Part shown: in pieces, positions 29,513 to 43,369 of the stretch
Numbering within the stretch: position 1 is the stretch's first letter
Layout: each line of letters starts with the position of its first letter
Assembly (NCBI GenBank): GCA_964016885.1
Contig: OZ024743.1
Location: 266,848,001-266,912,000 of the forward strand
Direction: 5' to 3'
Source: Eledone cirrhosa
Lineage: Eukaryota
DNA length: 64,000 nucleotides
The notes under the pieces: generated by a model
Database searches by the model: none
What the model was told of the DNA's origin: nothing
The model's input: only the letters and a program-made list of their open reading frames with translations
Program-made: the position numbers and the translations under genes

Positions 29513-29693
29513 TATATATATATATAAACATATCGGACGTATTGCAGAATATCTTTCGACATGTCCAGGTCTGTTGTCTAACCTGAATTGTTCTTTCGTT
29601 CTTTTGGGTATTGTATGGTTGGGTTTTGCCCGCCGCAATTTTCAATATGTCAAGCTATCTAAACGTATGTTATTACTCTGAGAACCTAACCTT

Positions 29694-30089
<396 letters not shown>

Positions 30090-30102
<13 letters not shown>

Positions 30103-30605
30103 TGAGTCTCAGTCATTGATGTTATTTAAATGGAAGGTTTGTTGAAATGAGTAGCAAGCCGTTACCTGCAGCCTCAGATATTCAGGACGTTTCGGAGTTT
30201 TCTTGCTGTTCCCAGCAAGCATGCTTTTTGAAGTGTTCCAAAAAGCGGGGCTGGACTAATCTTCTTTAACCATCCTTGGAAACTCTTTGAGATAGTACCT
30301 AGTGCCCCTATAACAATCAGGACAACCTTGATTTCATGGCAGTTCCAAATCCTTTTTAACTCCCACTTTAAATCCTGGTATCGGTTAATTTTCTCCCTCT
30401 CCTTTTCTTGCACTCTCGTGTCAAATGGGTAGGCTACAACTACAATCAGGCACGATCTTTTTTTCTTGTCCAAAACCACCATTTCAGGCCTATTGAGTTC
30501 TAATTTCTTGTCCGTCTATATCCTTAAATCCCATAGCACCTTCACCTGATCGTTTTCTATCACCGACTCTGGCTTATGCTCATAGCACTCCTCAGAATGT
30601 GGTAA
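30090..30605 (-). mobile_element. R4/Dong-clade non-LTR retrotransposon 3' fragment (restriction-like endonuclease)
   Basis: VLWD..TDKKLELNRPEMVVLDK..CLIVVVAYPFD..KEREKINRYQDL..IVIGALG..LQKACLLGTARKLRNVL; 5' junction abuts (TAA)n. Confidence 0.85.
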
Positions 30606-30649
30606 ATTATTATTATTATTATTATTTTTTCAGTTTACATAGAAATCAT

Positions 30650-30735
30650 TTCTACAAGTCAAGAACTGTTTCATTTGTATAAAATTATCATTCTTGACGA
30701 TTTCATACGAATGAAACAGTTCTTGACCTGTAGAA
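30650..30735. repeat. Short palindrome with an HHR-like core; related to 60695-60760
   Basis: ttctacaagtcaagaactgtttcatt versus aatgaaacagttcttgacctgtagaa; ttgacga-tttc(atac)gaat-gaaac. Confidence 0.7.
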
Positions 30736-31498
30736 GACATTTATATGAAACAAAAAATTCGTATACGCTACCAATGTATTGAATACTCTGTTAAGTGTGG
30801 TTACCTGCCGTCACAACTGGGGAATCTCTCTCTCTATCTATCTATCTATCTATCTATCTATCCATCTATCCATCTATCTATGTGTGTGTGTGTGTGTGTG
30901 TATGTGTGTGTGTGTGCGTGTGTGCGCGTGTGTGTGTGTATGTGTGTGTTTGTGTGTGTGTTTGTGTGAGTGTGTGTTAGTATGTGTGTTTGTGTGAGTA
31001 TGTGTGTATGTGTGTGTATTTGTGTGTATGTGTGTGATGTAGTGCTAAGAACATTGTGACACACGCACAATTTTAATTGGCAACAGGGAGGAATGCCAAC
31101 CCAACAATAAATGTTGACTGTTATTCGTGCACACACCCTAGTATAATATTTAAACTTCGCTTTGAAACCATGTCATTTGTGTCATTTGTGTGAGTGTATA
31201 GTTGATCGAAAGTTTGTGAATGAAATTGACTAGAGGCACAGATTTAGGGAGCATGATAGATCAACTGTCCTTGTAACTCACTCATTCTGCCCAGCTGGAT
31301 TGCATTGTCATGCAGGTTACATGTAGTTGTGGAATCTTCAGCTAGTTATGGAATAATTTAACCAAGGGGTGATTTCTTTTATCGAACAAACTCGCACCTA
31401 ACGTGCATACACACATCTAGCCATCCATACATTACATGCATGCATCCATCCATCCATACACACATTCATCCATCCATCCCTCCTTCCATACATACATA

Positions 31499-31682
31499 CG
31501 GAGGAGGCTGAAAAGTTCATAGGCAACCAACATATTCTCATGGAATGACGCAGTGAGGTTGAGTCCATGGAGAGAAACAATGCAGTTATTAATAAGAAGA
31601 TTTGAATTTAATGCTTGCAAGATTTCACTTCCCTAGCATTTATCATTCAGAGTCAGCCTATGAACTTTTCAGCCAACCATCG
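31499..31682. mobile_element. Tc1/mariner-type MITE
   Basis: TIRs ggctgaaaagttcataggc / gcctatgaacttttcagcc, preceded by TA. Confidence 0.75.
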
Positions 31683-31904
31683 GACATACGAACATATGTA
31701 CGTACACCCGTATATAAAAAACGTAAGTATGTATACACATTAAAAAATTTCCTTTCATTATAGACTTGCCACCAGGAACATGGCCGGTCAAAAACAAACT
31801 AAAATATTAAGGAGAGAACAACACATACCTATATACACAAAACATACCTATATATACAGACATTCATATATACATGCATATATACACGCATGCATACATT
31901 CAAG

Positions 31905-31969
<65 letters not shown>

Positions 31970-32464
31970 GCATACATACATGCATACATACATTGATACA
32001 TACATGCGTATATACATGCATACATACATTCATACATACATAAACATATATGTACATACATATAACATACATGTATACATACATTCGTGCATACATACAT
32101 TCACATCCACACACACATATTCATGTATGTATGTATGTAAGTATGTATGTATGTATGTATGTATGTATGTATGTATGTATGTATGTATGTATGTATGTAT
32201 GTACGTATGTATGTATGTATGTATGTATGTATGTATGTATGTATGTAGGTAGGAGGTAGGTAAGTATGTTTGTATGAGAGAGAGAGGGAGAGACATGTTC
32301 AGTCTTTATTGCGTTTACTCATTTATTATTTTTTTTGCCAGCGTTTATGTTTTTTACTTCATCATCTAACAACTTCATTCTACCGAAATTATATCTTCTT
32401 AAGCCTTTTACAAAACTCCGGAACGAGGAACACCTACTCCATGTTACTTTTTTCTGTGTTTTGT

Positions 32465-32573
32465 TTAATCTGAATTATTCTTATTTTCTGTATTGTATTG
32501 GCCTCGTGATATTTGGAGATAGGGTGGCGGAGGGTCATTTGCTTTTGTTGAACAACAGTTTTGTTTGACGGAA
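32465..32573 (-). CDS. Candidate terminal coding exon of an unidentified host gene
   Basis: Acceptor tttttctttctacccag, then phase-2 frame SVKQNCCSTKANDPPPPYLQISRGQYNTENKNNSD*, followed by AATAAA signals near 32305-32325. Confidence 0.35.
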
Positions 32574-32956
32574 CTGGGTAGAAAGAAAAAATAAAAATGC
32601 AAATATTGAATCAAACACGGGAACAAAATCTACCACATTCATGATTTGTTTAGTTGAGTTGGTATTTGTTTGTGTGTGCAGTTATGTTTTTGATGTTTTA
32701 GTTGGTGTTGTTAATGATTTTTGTATTTATTGCTGTTGTTAGTGTTGTTGGCCTTGTTGCCGTTTGTGTCTATGCAGTTGCATCTTTTACAATCTCGCAG
32801 AACCTTATTCATGTCCATCACACCGAAAAGGACAGACATAGATAAGATATAGTAATAGATAAAGAGAGTGAATGAGAGATGGGGAGCGATAATGAGAGAG
32901 GTATAAAAATTGAGAGAATATGATTTGTTAGAGAGAGTGATACCCCCCCCCCCCAC

Positions 32957-32988
<32 letters not shown>

Positions 32989-34184
32989 CTACATATATAT
33001 TTATATACATATTTACTTATTTATACGCACGTACACACACATATGTATATGCGTGTATGTGTATATAGCTGTTATAGTTATTAATCTCCCTATCATTTTT
33101 ATATGTATATACTAAACACACAAATACAGACACACACACACATATATATACCTATATATATGTATATATATATATACATGTATATATACGTGTGCGTGTG
33201 CGTGTATGTGTGTTTAGTAAATATATATATATACATACAAATTTAAATATACAAAATAACATGGACTTACATCACCACATATCACGGTTTTTGGGTAGAA
33301 GGAAGTTATATGTAAAAATATTCACAATATCTACCCAATTCATTGTTTATTGAATTGCTTTGGGTTAGTATTTTGTTGTTTGCTTGGTTGTTCTCTGGTC
33401 TTTATTTTTATTACTGTTGTTGCTGTTGTTATTGCTAATGTTGTTGTCTGTGTCTATGAAGATGTCTTGCACAACCATACATAACCTTATTTATATCCAT
33501 CTCACTCGCTGATATTTGATTTAAAAAGCCATGTTCAAGATAACGAAGAAAACGACGGCATAATTCAGTTAGCCAATGCAATTTGCGCACATTGATGACA
33601 ATAAACATCGTTCTCGATGCTGGGGTGGCTACAGCGGGAAGGGGAGTAAATTAAATTAAGGAATGAAATGTTAGTTGTACTGTATTCTATATCTGTGTCT
33701 ACGTGCGTTGTGCGTATTTTATTGTAAATGTGTTTCAGTGTGTGTAGATGGAGGGCACTTATTATTCATTTTATTTTTTATTTCATATTTATTTTCAGAT
33801 GGTAGTGATGGTGGACATGTGAAGGCTGAGTAATTTTTGTGCTTCTTTATACTAAATAGTAACGCCGCCACAGCATTGGTTTACATCAAGGAATCTAACA
33901 TAAAACAACACAACATAAATGGCTGCCAAAAACCTTTCATCATAAATAAGTTTGTATCGATAACGCTTTCGACATTTTCAATCCGCCATATACAATCTAT
34001 CCCCGAATACTTCTTCGTTTTTATCGTCAGGAGAGTATGTACATATAAAAATTCACCCGCGCACACACACACACATACACATACACAGACTCACACACAC
34101 AAGCACGTACACCCCCATATATATATAATATAATGTATATATAATGTATATATAATATAATGTATATATAATGTATATAATATA

Positions 34185-34241
<57 letters not shown>

Positions 34242-34705
34242 CATTATATATATATACACATTATATATATATAAATACATATATTTATGTATATATATAT
34301 ATATGTATGTGCGTATATATATATATATATATACAGATATGTATATATATATATATATATATATGTGTGCGCGTGTATTATTTATATACACATTCACGCA
34401 ATATGATCAGAGAAAATGGCGGCGATTTGACCATCTTTTGAAACTTCTTAGAATATGCAACTTCACCTATATTGCAATATAGATACTGTTCAAAGTAGAA
34501 CTCAGACAATCTAATTTGCATATTTCCTGCACTGACATTAAATACATAGTGGTTACTTCAATAATCAGAGTTATTTCATTATTTGAAATCTAATGCATAT
34601 ACTTATATATATATCGTTAAGAGTGAAAGCAGCGATTCTTTGCTTAAACTTTAATCTGTTATTTTAATAAATATATATATATATATATATGTACATACAT
34701 ACACA

Positions 34706-34750
<45 letters not shown>

Positions 34751-37289
34751 ACACACACACACACATACACACACACATATATATTATAATAAATATACAA
34801 TTTCAACTTCGTTGTGAAATGTAAATCAGCGGCCATATTTTGTATCTTTTATTGTTTTACATCTTTGATGAAGGTCCAATAACATAAGAAACTAATCTGA
34901 TCAATCCCATGTTTTCTCTACATGGATACTAAAATTATACGTTTAATAACATCTAACTATTTTGAGGCTTTTTCTGTGTGACGTGCACACTGACCGTATA
35001 GATGGAGTCAACCCAATCTTCTCACATATTTTTGGGAGATCTCCATACAGGTATTCATTTTCGGTGGTTAACTAAAGAGATAGAAATATCACTGGAACCT
35101 TTTATTTGATATTACTCTGATAAATTTCTTATTTCCGAAAGACGTAGTAGACAGATGTGTCTCCCGCACGCTAATGAGACATGGAACACAATGTTATATC
35201 GTTGTTTAGCAACAAACCACAACTGTCATAATTTTAATTGAAAAACCCCCGTGTGTTGTACGAACGAAACTCACTGATTGAAATGAAATGTTTAAACGAG
35301 AAGAGGCCTATTATATAGATATTCATTTTACAGACCCCGAAGGAAAAAAAAGTAAAAGAAGGTAACAAAAGAAAGAATTAAAGAAATAAAGAACAATGTA
35401 AGTAGAAGGAAAGGAAAATGAAAAAGAATATAGAAAGCGATATATAATGAAAGTCAAAGTATAAAGAAAATACGAGAAACGGCATACGAAATGCATACAA
35501 AGACTGGATGAAAGCAAATCAGGCGAATTCCATTATCGTCTTGCCATTATTGTATAAATTGCTTATGCATTATAAATAGTGTTATGATATTGTAAAATGG
35601 TATTTTCAACTAAATAATTGCTACCACTATTTCTGCTTAAAATTTTAGCCTGGAGTAATGGTTCTGGCATTATCATATATTTCTGTGACTACTAAGAGAC
35701 GAACAGATTAGCCGGAATATCACGTAAAGAAGACTAAGCCTATTCATCTGTAAAATTAAAAAGATGCTATTCTGCTGCTATCTCTTTTAATCCGGAATTT
35801 TTGTTGTCTTATGTAAATAAGTAAAGAGTGTGATATACTGAAAGACTTAAGCAAAAAATCCCCTGCGAAATGAAAGTTTCCGCTTATTCAGTACATAACG
35901 TCGTTACATATTGCTAAACATTCATACCATTGGTCCACTTAAGTATTTCACGCAGCTCATTTCACTTTTAATTATACAAATTAGTACAAAGAAACATCTT
36001 CGTTTCTCTTTCAATGTATGAAAACAATATGACATATTTGCGAATTTCATTCGGTGCTTCAGCCCAGTTCGTGTAATAAACCTATATTTCTTATATACTT
36101 AAACGTTGTTTAATTTCTGCCACCAGAATCTAACTAAACTACACACAGCCTGGAAATATATATATCCCACATCAGATATTGCTTCCATATCAAATTCCAA
36201 ACGAACATGAGTCAATGTCATTCTTTAATTAATATAATATCTATTAATGATAATTTATATAAAAAAACAATTAAAGTTGGTATTTCTTTTACGAAAGCTT
36301 TAAGAAAATATAGCTTTAAAGCAAATTGTTGTTCTTTAGGAATTAGCTAACCTTGCTCGAGCATAGGTACGATAACATACCTACAAGCCAAGACCATTGC
36401 TCATATTACAGATGTTGTGTATGTATCTAAAAAAAAACAATCTGTAATTTGACCATTCCCTTCTTACGGTGAAATTTGGGGATTTGAGAAAGATTTTGGC
36501 TGCTATTCCCAGTAGCAGGTGTCTCTCAAATTTACCCTCAAAATAGCTTTATTCGAGGAATATACGTCATGCGCACACCTTCAGAAAACCTCGACCATTT
36601 TCAGGAAAATCGGACAAATTTGCATAGGTTGATCAGCATAGTCCTTTAACAATCCTCTGTGTGTCTTGTGAAAAGAAAATCGTATTTTTCATCAGAGCTG
36701 GATCCTTAAGTTTTATTTGGCGTACGTTGTTATTTACATTTCTTGGCATAGAGCATTTACATCATAATATAAAGGATGCATCACATCTGTTGTAGTTTGA
36801 CGTTTACGTTTTAGTAACTGTGTCTTGATTATATAATTTAATTAGTTAAATAAATCTTGAATCAGAATTCTAGATCTTGATCAACTGAGAAGGAAACCCC
36901 CTCATCCATATTGATACGCTGCAACTGACAGCACAAATGTTGCCATTGCAGATAAATAGTAGATAAATAAAATATGTAAACTGTTTGTCCGTTTAAATTT
37001 GAAAATTTTATTCTAAATAATTCGTAACAATATATTTTTCATTTATTACATCATACCACTGTTGTGATTAACAGCATGTTGTGTCTATATTTTAAGAACA
37101 GTAACAGCATAAATATTTGCACAGGAAAACTGATTAATATCGGTTAATTTACTGGAGGTAAATCATCTGGAAGTAAATTATGCAATATCTTGCATGTCCT
37201 TATAGATTACCAAAATTCGTAAGATCTAGCATGTGGTGGCAATTTGAAAGCATGACTGCATGTACGGATTTTTGTGCAGAAAGGGGTTG

Positions 37290-37535
37290 GTGACTGCAGC
37301 ATGGCCGAATGATTAGGGAGTGCGCTTCTCAATCAATACTGGCAAATGCCATTTACCATAGCATCGGCTAGACCTACACGATGTGAGTGACATTCGCTAG
37401 ACGGAAACTCTTTGGGATGCGAGTCGGATAGTTTAATTTAACGAGTCAGCTTTGACACACACTGTGTCATGTTGAATCCTCATGAAAATTACGCTACGGT
37501 AGAACGTGTCTGTGGAATCCTCACCAGCATGCAGT
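37290..37535 (+). mobile_element. Degenerate SINE of a second family (A-box-like head)
   Basis: gcatggccgaatgattagggagtgcgcttctcaatc head; body acactgtgtcatgttgaatc...gtgtctgtggaatcctc. Confidence 0.5.
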
Positions 37536-37985
37536 ATATTCTCAGAGCAGGTCATTGCATTGATGGAAAACTGGAATAATCATCGAGGAAACCAATTCAA
37601 GAGAAGGTGATATACAAAGTGTTACATCTACATATGTTTGGTTTAAAGATCGGTTCTCTCTATAGCCATCGACATTGTATTCATATGCATGCCAGCATTT
37701 GGAAATATGGTGGTAATTAGATATTTCAACTGAGAATTTTACTTCATGTTTCAAATAGTTTTATTCCATATTTTTATATATATGGTCTTTTTTGATAACG
37801 AGTGTATGCTGGTAAATTAACCGACTTTATCCAACATCAACTGAATAACCATTATAGAGAGAAAACAACGTATATTTGCAAAATATTAGCAGAGTAGCCA
37901 GCTCGAAAGTATACTGAGTACTCTGCAAATAGACACTAAATTCCTCCTTGCATCACATTGCGTTCAGTTCCTACACACTCGCTCT

Positions 37986-38129
<144 letters not shown>

Positions 38130-38980
38130 CAGAATGTTGGTTCTTTGTTAGAAACGAGAAAAACTTAGATACATTCATACACACATATATATGCAAACAT
38201 ACATACATACAAACATACATATACACGTACATACATACATATATGTATGAGCAAATATGAATATATATTTATATATGTATATGACCAATTGTTTGCTATT
38301 ATTCGTGTATGTGTAAAAGCAGTACACACTCATTTTTTATCGTTTAAATAAGGCAGGAACATTAAATTTTTCCAGCGTTCATCATATAATGATATCATAA
38401 CATATTTTGTCTGTTGCATATAATGTGGTGGAGGAACTGCTTCAATAAGCCAACGACTCCTGAACAGTGGATAAGCAATGAATGTCGTAGAATCTAAATG
38501 GATCGATATGTAGCTATAAATATTCAATTATTCTCAAATGAAAATCAATAATAGCTATTAAAATCGACAGATCAATATACGTTGTTATTGGAGGATCGCT
38601 CGAAGAAAAAAAAAATCAATGCATAGTTTGAGCTAAAATGGGAAAACACAAGCTAGTGAGTCATTAAAATTTTAAGATCGATTCATAACTATTGAAGCGT
38701 AAATAAATCTAATCGATACACGTCGAGTGGGAAGTTTGTCAATTCCAATAAGAATAACAATAACAAGCGACAAAATTAATCAATCAATGCAGAATCAATG
38801 AAGCCTAAAGCTTGAGACATGACATTAAATCTTGTATATTAATAAAGCCTATACAACTCTAATTATACACATACCCACTCGTGCACACTCAGGAATGTTT
38901 GCATATATCTATGTTGATATATTTACATAAATATATATAAAGTGCGCTTTCCTATCGCTCATACACACACATAGACAGAT

Positions 38981-39046
<66 letters not shown>

Positions 39047-39187
39047 TCATATTCACATGCATACACACACACACACACACACATTCATACACACATATAT
39101 AAATATATACACAATATAGATTCATTAATATCAAGACATGCAACATTATGTACTAGACGATTTCTTAACTCATACATACCCCTCCCC

Positions 39188-39239
<52 letters not shown>

Positions 39240-39243
<4 letters not shown>

Positions 39244-39565
39244 AGACGAAAAATCAGTGATGCATCTGAACTCAATTTATTGAGTGTTACAATTGTTTCG
39301 CCGGCAGAGAGCTCGAGACACGATCATTGTATGGATCTGTCTGATTCTGGACCTACAGATTCGTCGGACACTTGTAATAATTTCGGATCAAATTTTCTCA
39401 CTGGCGTGTCAGCGTCAAAAAACATCTTCCTCACTTGTCCTGCTGTTGGCTGTTGTTTTTCTACGTCATCATATCTTCTGGCCAATAGTTGCTGTCACAC
39501 TCTGTAATAACATAGAGTGCTCAACCGGTATACCGCCTATGGAAGCATCTTAGCTACCATCAGAC
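39240..39565 (-). repeat. TA-flanked module with an HHR-like fold (shortened core)
   Basis: Minus strand 39284-39321: gtgt-CTCGA-gct(ctctgcc)ggc-GAAAC-aatt-GTA-acac, then AATAAA. Confidence 0.55.
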
Positions 39566-39581
39566 ATATATATATATATAT

Positions 39582-40165
39582 TGCATCATGGAGCTTTACC
39601 ATATCATAACGGCACCCCACGAGCTCATCAACAGCAGAGCAGAAACGACGATAAGCTGTACACACCGCTTAAAAAATCCTTCTCCAGGTGGAATAAGAAT
39701 GCGGAGTAAAAGCCATAAACCGGGTCGCCCTGCACCAAATGTTAGCACCCCGGCGGGAAGGCGCTGCAAAAAACATCCGGAAAATAACCATGCATCCCAG
39801 ACCCGGCACAAATCGACCCTGGCGGGTAGGCGCAGCGGGAGAGACATCTGGAAAATAATGTTGCATACCTGACCTTGTGCGTATCGACAATGGTAAGGCT
39901 GCAACTACAAAGTAATGACGGATAAAAAGTCACCTGGAGAATTGCTGCTCCAACACCGGTTAGAGCTATCTCCCTTGATCTACTGCAAAATCAATACATG
40001 TTTTGTTATGAACAATGAACTGTGACGTGAACTTATTTCTGAAAACGCATTCCAGGTCATGTAGGGAATGCTTTTTAGTTTTTATGCCCTTGAGAAGCCC
40101 TTTCGGGCGAAACGTACGTAGGTGCTATTTTAAATAAACATGTGTTAACGGTTTGTTCTCCTTCA
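39582..40165 (+). mobile_element. PLE 3' remnant
   Basis: CIMELYHIITAPHELINSRAETTISCTHRLK resembles the C-x2-E-x3-I...LN-x-R-x-E-x4-C-x-H end of some PLE GIY-YIG domains; HHR and AATAAA near the 3' end; TA-flanked. Confidence 0.7.
40086..40125 (+). ncRNA. Minimal hammerhead, U3:A8 variant
   Basis: gccc-TTGAGAA-gccc(tttc)gggc-GAAAC-gtac-GTA-ggtgc. Confidence 0.72.
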
Positions 40166-40178
40166 TATATATCTCCAC

Positions 40179-40212
<34 letters not shown>

Positions 40213-40216
<4 letters not shown>

Positions 40217-40412
40217 CAAAGGAATTGTGGTAAGGAACCAGATGGACCATAACGCACCAGAGTACTCAATAATTAGGGTAGTAGAGTGGGAAATAGTAAA
40301 CAGTATGACCCCGACGGCAGAGCTGAAGCCGTTTCGACGGCTATTTCTGGACTGAGTCAAGAAATAGCCGTCGAAATGTTTTGAGCTCTGCCGTCGGGTC
40401 ATATTTTTTCCT
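40213..40412. repeat. Fold-back copy of the 49292 HHR family
   Basis: tgaccccgacggcagagct..tttcgacggctatttct / agaaatagccgtcgaaa..agctctgccgtcgggtca. Confidence 0.85.
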
Positions 40413-40426
40413 ATATATATATATAT

Positions 40427-42055
40427 GTGAAAAGATGTGTGGAGATGATCATTGAGAGTGAGGTGGAGTTCTGCGACGTCGACACAGACGAACTGGGCCT
40501 CATACTTAGACTTACCTACGACACTGACTACCTAGACAGCCATGACCTTAGATGTTTCTGCCCTAGTAGACCTATAAGAGGTAGACCCCCCACCATAACC
40601 TCAATGGCTAAAAAGACTCCCATAGGAAGGTGGATTGGGTGGACCAAAGCCATACGGACCCCCCAAAACACTGATCAGGTAAGAAAAATGGTCGCACATG
40701 CAATAGGGGCTAGTATCAAAACTACCCTAAAGGGCCACATATTTAAGTTCAATGAGCAAATCTACACCCAAAATGAGGGAGCAGCCATCGGCGTCAGCAT
40801 AGCTGGTGATGTTGCCAACCTTTTCATGGTATGGTGGGAAAGGAGACTTAAAGATCTCCTTAATGAAAGCTCCATAGACCTCATCATGTACTCTCGTTAT
40901 GTAGACGATATCAATATAGTTATAAGAACACCCCCACTAGAGAGCACTAACGAGTTTGATTTAGAACGTAGCACGATGGAAAGCATCCATCAGATAGCTA
41001 ATTCCATACACCAGAGTATAACTGTAACTATAGACTTCCCTTCCAAACACCCTAACAATAGACTACCTGTATTAGACACAGAACTCTGGATTAACACTAT
41101 AGACGAGAGAGCCCAAATTCTCCACTCACACTATGCTAAACCCATGGCCTCCAAATACCTGATACTCAAAAACTCAGCAATGTCCAGTAGTGCTAAGTTT
41201 AATATTCTGATCGCAGATTTGGTACGAGTGATGAAGAATGTGTCCAGCATGTGCGACCCAACAGAAATGGAAAGACACATCCAACACTTCATCAACCGCA
41301 TGCAGTTCTCTGGCTACAACCAAAGAGACAGAGTCAGAGTATACGAAGGAGCCATGGAAAAGTATAAGACCCTCATAGAACTGGACATGAAAGGAATTTG
41401 CCCACTATACAGGAGCAAATCATGGAATAGCTTAGATAGGGATAGACATAAGATAGGGAAGGCCACAGCATGGTACGACAACCAGAGATATCAGAGTGTC
41501 ATGTTTGTGGACGCCACCCCTGGAGGGAAATTAGCTAACCAGTGTAGAAAGGCCCTGAGAAAGACCCACTTAAAAATAAAGGTGGTAGAAAAGCCAGGAA
41601 CCACCATAAAATCCCTGATCAGCAAAACCTACCCTTTTAAGAAAACCCACTGTACCAATAGGAAGTGTATCATATGTAAGGTGAACCCCCGGATAAACTG
41701 TAAAACTAGAAACGTAGTCTATAGCATAAGATGTACAGAGGGTACTTGCAGAAACATGACAACAACATACATAGGTGAGACAGCTCGTAGCATAGGTGAA
41801 AGGATAGACCAACACTGGGGGGAACTAAAAGGACGAAAAAACGGGTCAGTACTATACGAACATGCTAGACAACAACATGACGGTAACATAGACAACATAG
41901 AAATTAGAATAATATCTAAACATAGGAATGACCCAGCAGATAGGCAAATCAGAGAGGCCAGTGAAATAGAAATTAGAAGACCAAAGCTAAACAGAAAGAA
42001 TGAGTGGAACAACAACAACACCCAAACAAACAACACTGACCTAAGAGAAGTATAA
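40427..42055 (+). CDS. Penelope-like element reverse transcriptase + GIY-YIG endonuclease, 5'-truncated but uninterrupted
   Basis: QNEGAAIGVSIAGDVANLFM (motif B), YSRYVDD (motif C), LPVLD, C-x4-C-x2-C linker, NVVYSIRC..TYIGETARSIGERIDQH, RQIREASEI..PKLN; starts at a (TA)n junction and lacks motif A. Confidence 0.95.
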   Translation: MKRCVEMIIESEVEFCDVDTDELGLILRLTYDTDYLDSHDLRCFCPSRPIRGRPPTITSMAKKTPIGRWIGWTKAIRTPQNTDQVRKMVAHAIGASIKTTLKGHIFKFNEQIYTQNEGAAIGVSIAGDVANLFMVWWERRLKDLLNESSIDLIMYSRYVDDINIVIRTPPLESTNEFDLERSTMESIHQIANSIHQSITVTIDFPSKHPNNRLPVLDTELWINTIDERAQILHSHYAKPMASKYLILKNSAMSSSAKFNILIADLVRVMKNVSSMCDPTEMERHIQHFINRMQFSGYNQRDRVRVYEGAMEKYKTLIELDMKGICPLYRSKSWNSLDRDRHKIGKATAWYDNQRYQSVMFVDATPGGKLANQCRKALRKTHLKIKVVEKPGTTIKSLISKTYPFKKTHCTNRKCIICKVNPRINCKTRNVVYSIRCTEGTCRNMTTTYIGETARSIGERIDQHWGELKGRKNGSVLYEHARQQHDGNIDNIEIRIISKHRNDPADRQIREASEIEIRRPKLNRKNEWNNNNTQTNNTDLREV

Positions 42056-42589
42056 ATAAGTAAATAAAATAAAATAAAATAAGATAAATAAATACATACA
42101 CAAGCACAATAACAACAAGCACATAAACACACACTAGTCACCCAGCAGACACAACACTATACACACTAGTCACACATCACACATAACACTATACACACAC
42201 ACAAACGCATGCGCAAAGAAGACAAAATAAAATAAGATAAACAAACAAGCAAATAAATAAATAAATATATAGACAGACTGAATTAAAAAAAATGGCGTAG
42301 ACATACAACACAACAGGAGGAACAATGAATATAACACCACTGACGATGTTGCAGATGTGCAACGAAAGATTTATGTAAATTATGTAAACTATATATATAT
42401 ATATGTGTGTTTGTGTCTATATTGTATGTGTATTATTTTTGACCGCCGGTCAGTCAATGGCAACATTGAGGACCGAGTAAGTTAGATCGCAGATATAAAA
42501 GACAGCGAGAAGCGAAAACCAACCAAACAGTGAGTGTGTTCTGTTATTAATTCTGGCAATATTACGCAAATATGACCCTCCCCAAGTAT

Positions 42590-42595
<6 letters not shown>
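40427..42595 (+). mobile_element. Penelope-like retroelement copy including 3' UTR
   Basis: ORF plus ~540-bp 3' UTR with CTGACGA-t-gttgca(gatg)tgcaac-GAAA at 42340-42367; both ends in (TA)n; same 3' end as the 19009 and 44629 copies. Confidence 0.92.
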
Positions 42596-42656
<61 letters not shown>

Positions 42657-43153
42657 AATAAGATACACACAGAGATACATACATACGTAAATATATATGT
42701 GTGTAATGTTCTGCCTTGATAGATTTGCTGAATGAACAACGAAGTAAAATAATCATTTAATCAGAGCTATTTATCAAATTATTACCTATTGTTTTCTTCA
42801 AAGAATCTACTGCAGTTTCATCGACTTGACCACAGAACTGATGCACTAGAGGAGTGCACCGACGCCTTGAGGCTGTTGAATCAGCAAGGAGACCCCTCAC
42901 TTTGTCGACTGCTTTCTGACCTGAACGTTACAAAGTGAATATTTTTTCTGGGGGGAGAAATCGTCACGTGGTATAGGTCGCAGAAGGTAGGCAAATAACG
43001 GACATTGGGCGAATAACACGTTTGCTAGAAAAAGCAGCCGGCACTCGCTTTTTAACTGTAGTATAAGAGGGTTGGGTCAATAAAGTAATTAGATACAAAT
43101 ACACAATGACTGAATGAGATAAAATAGTCATTTAATCAGATATAATAAACGCA

Positions 43154-43232
<79 letters not shown>

Positions 43233-43234
<2 letters not shown>

Positions 43235-43350
43235 CCTGTCGAAACGGCCGGAGCTCAGTTTCTTTTCCTATTACCTACTCTACTACAGTAAGTATTGAGT
43301 ACTCTGCTGCGTTATGGGCCACCAGATATTTTACCACACCCTCTTTGTTA
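43233..43350 (+). repeat. Short copy of the 49292 HHR family
   Basis: gtcgaaacggc..gagctc..cctattacctactctactac..tattgagtactctgctgcgttatggg. Confidence 0.75.
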
Positions 43351-43369
43351 TATATATATATATATATAT

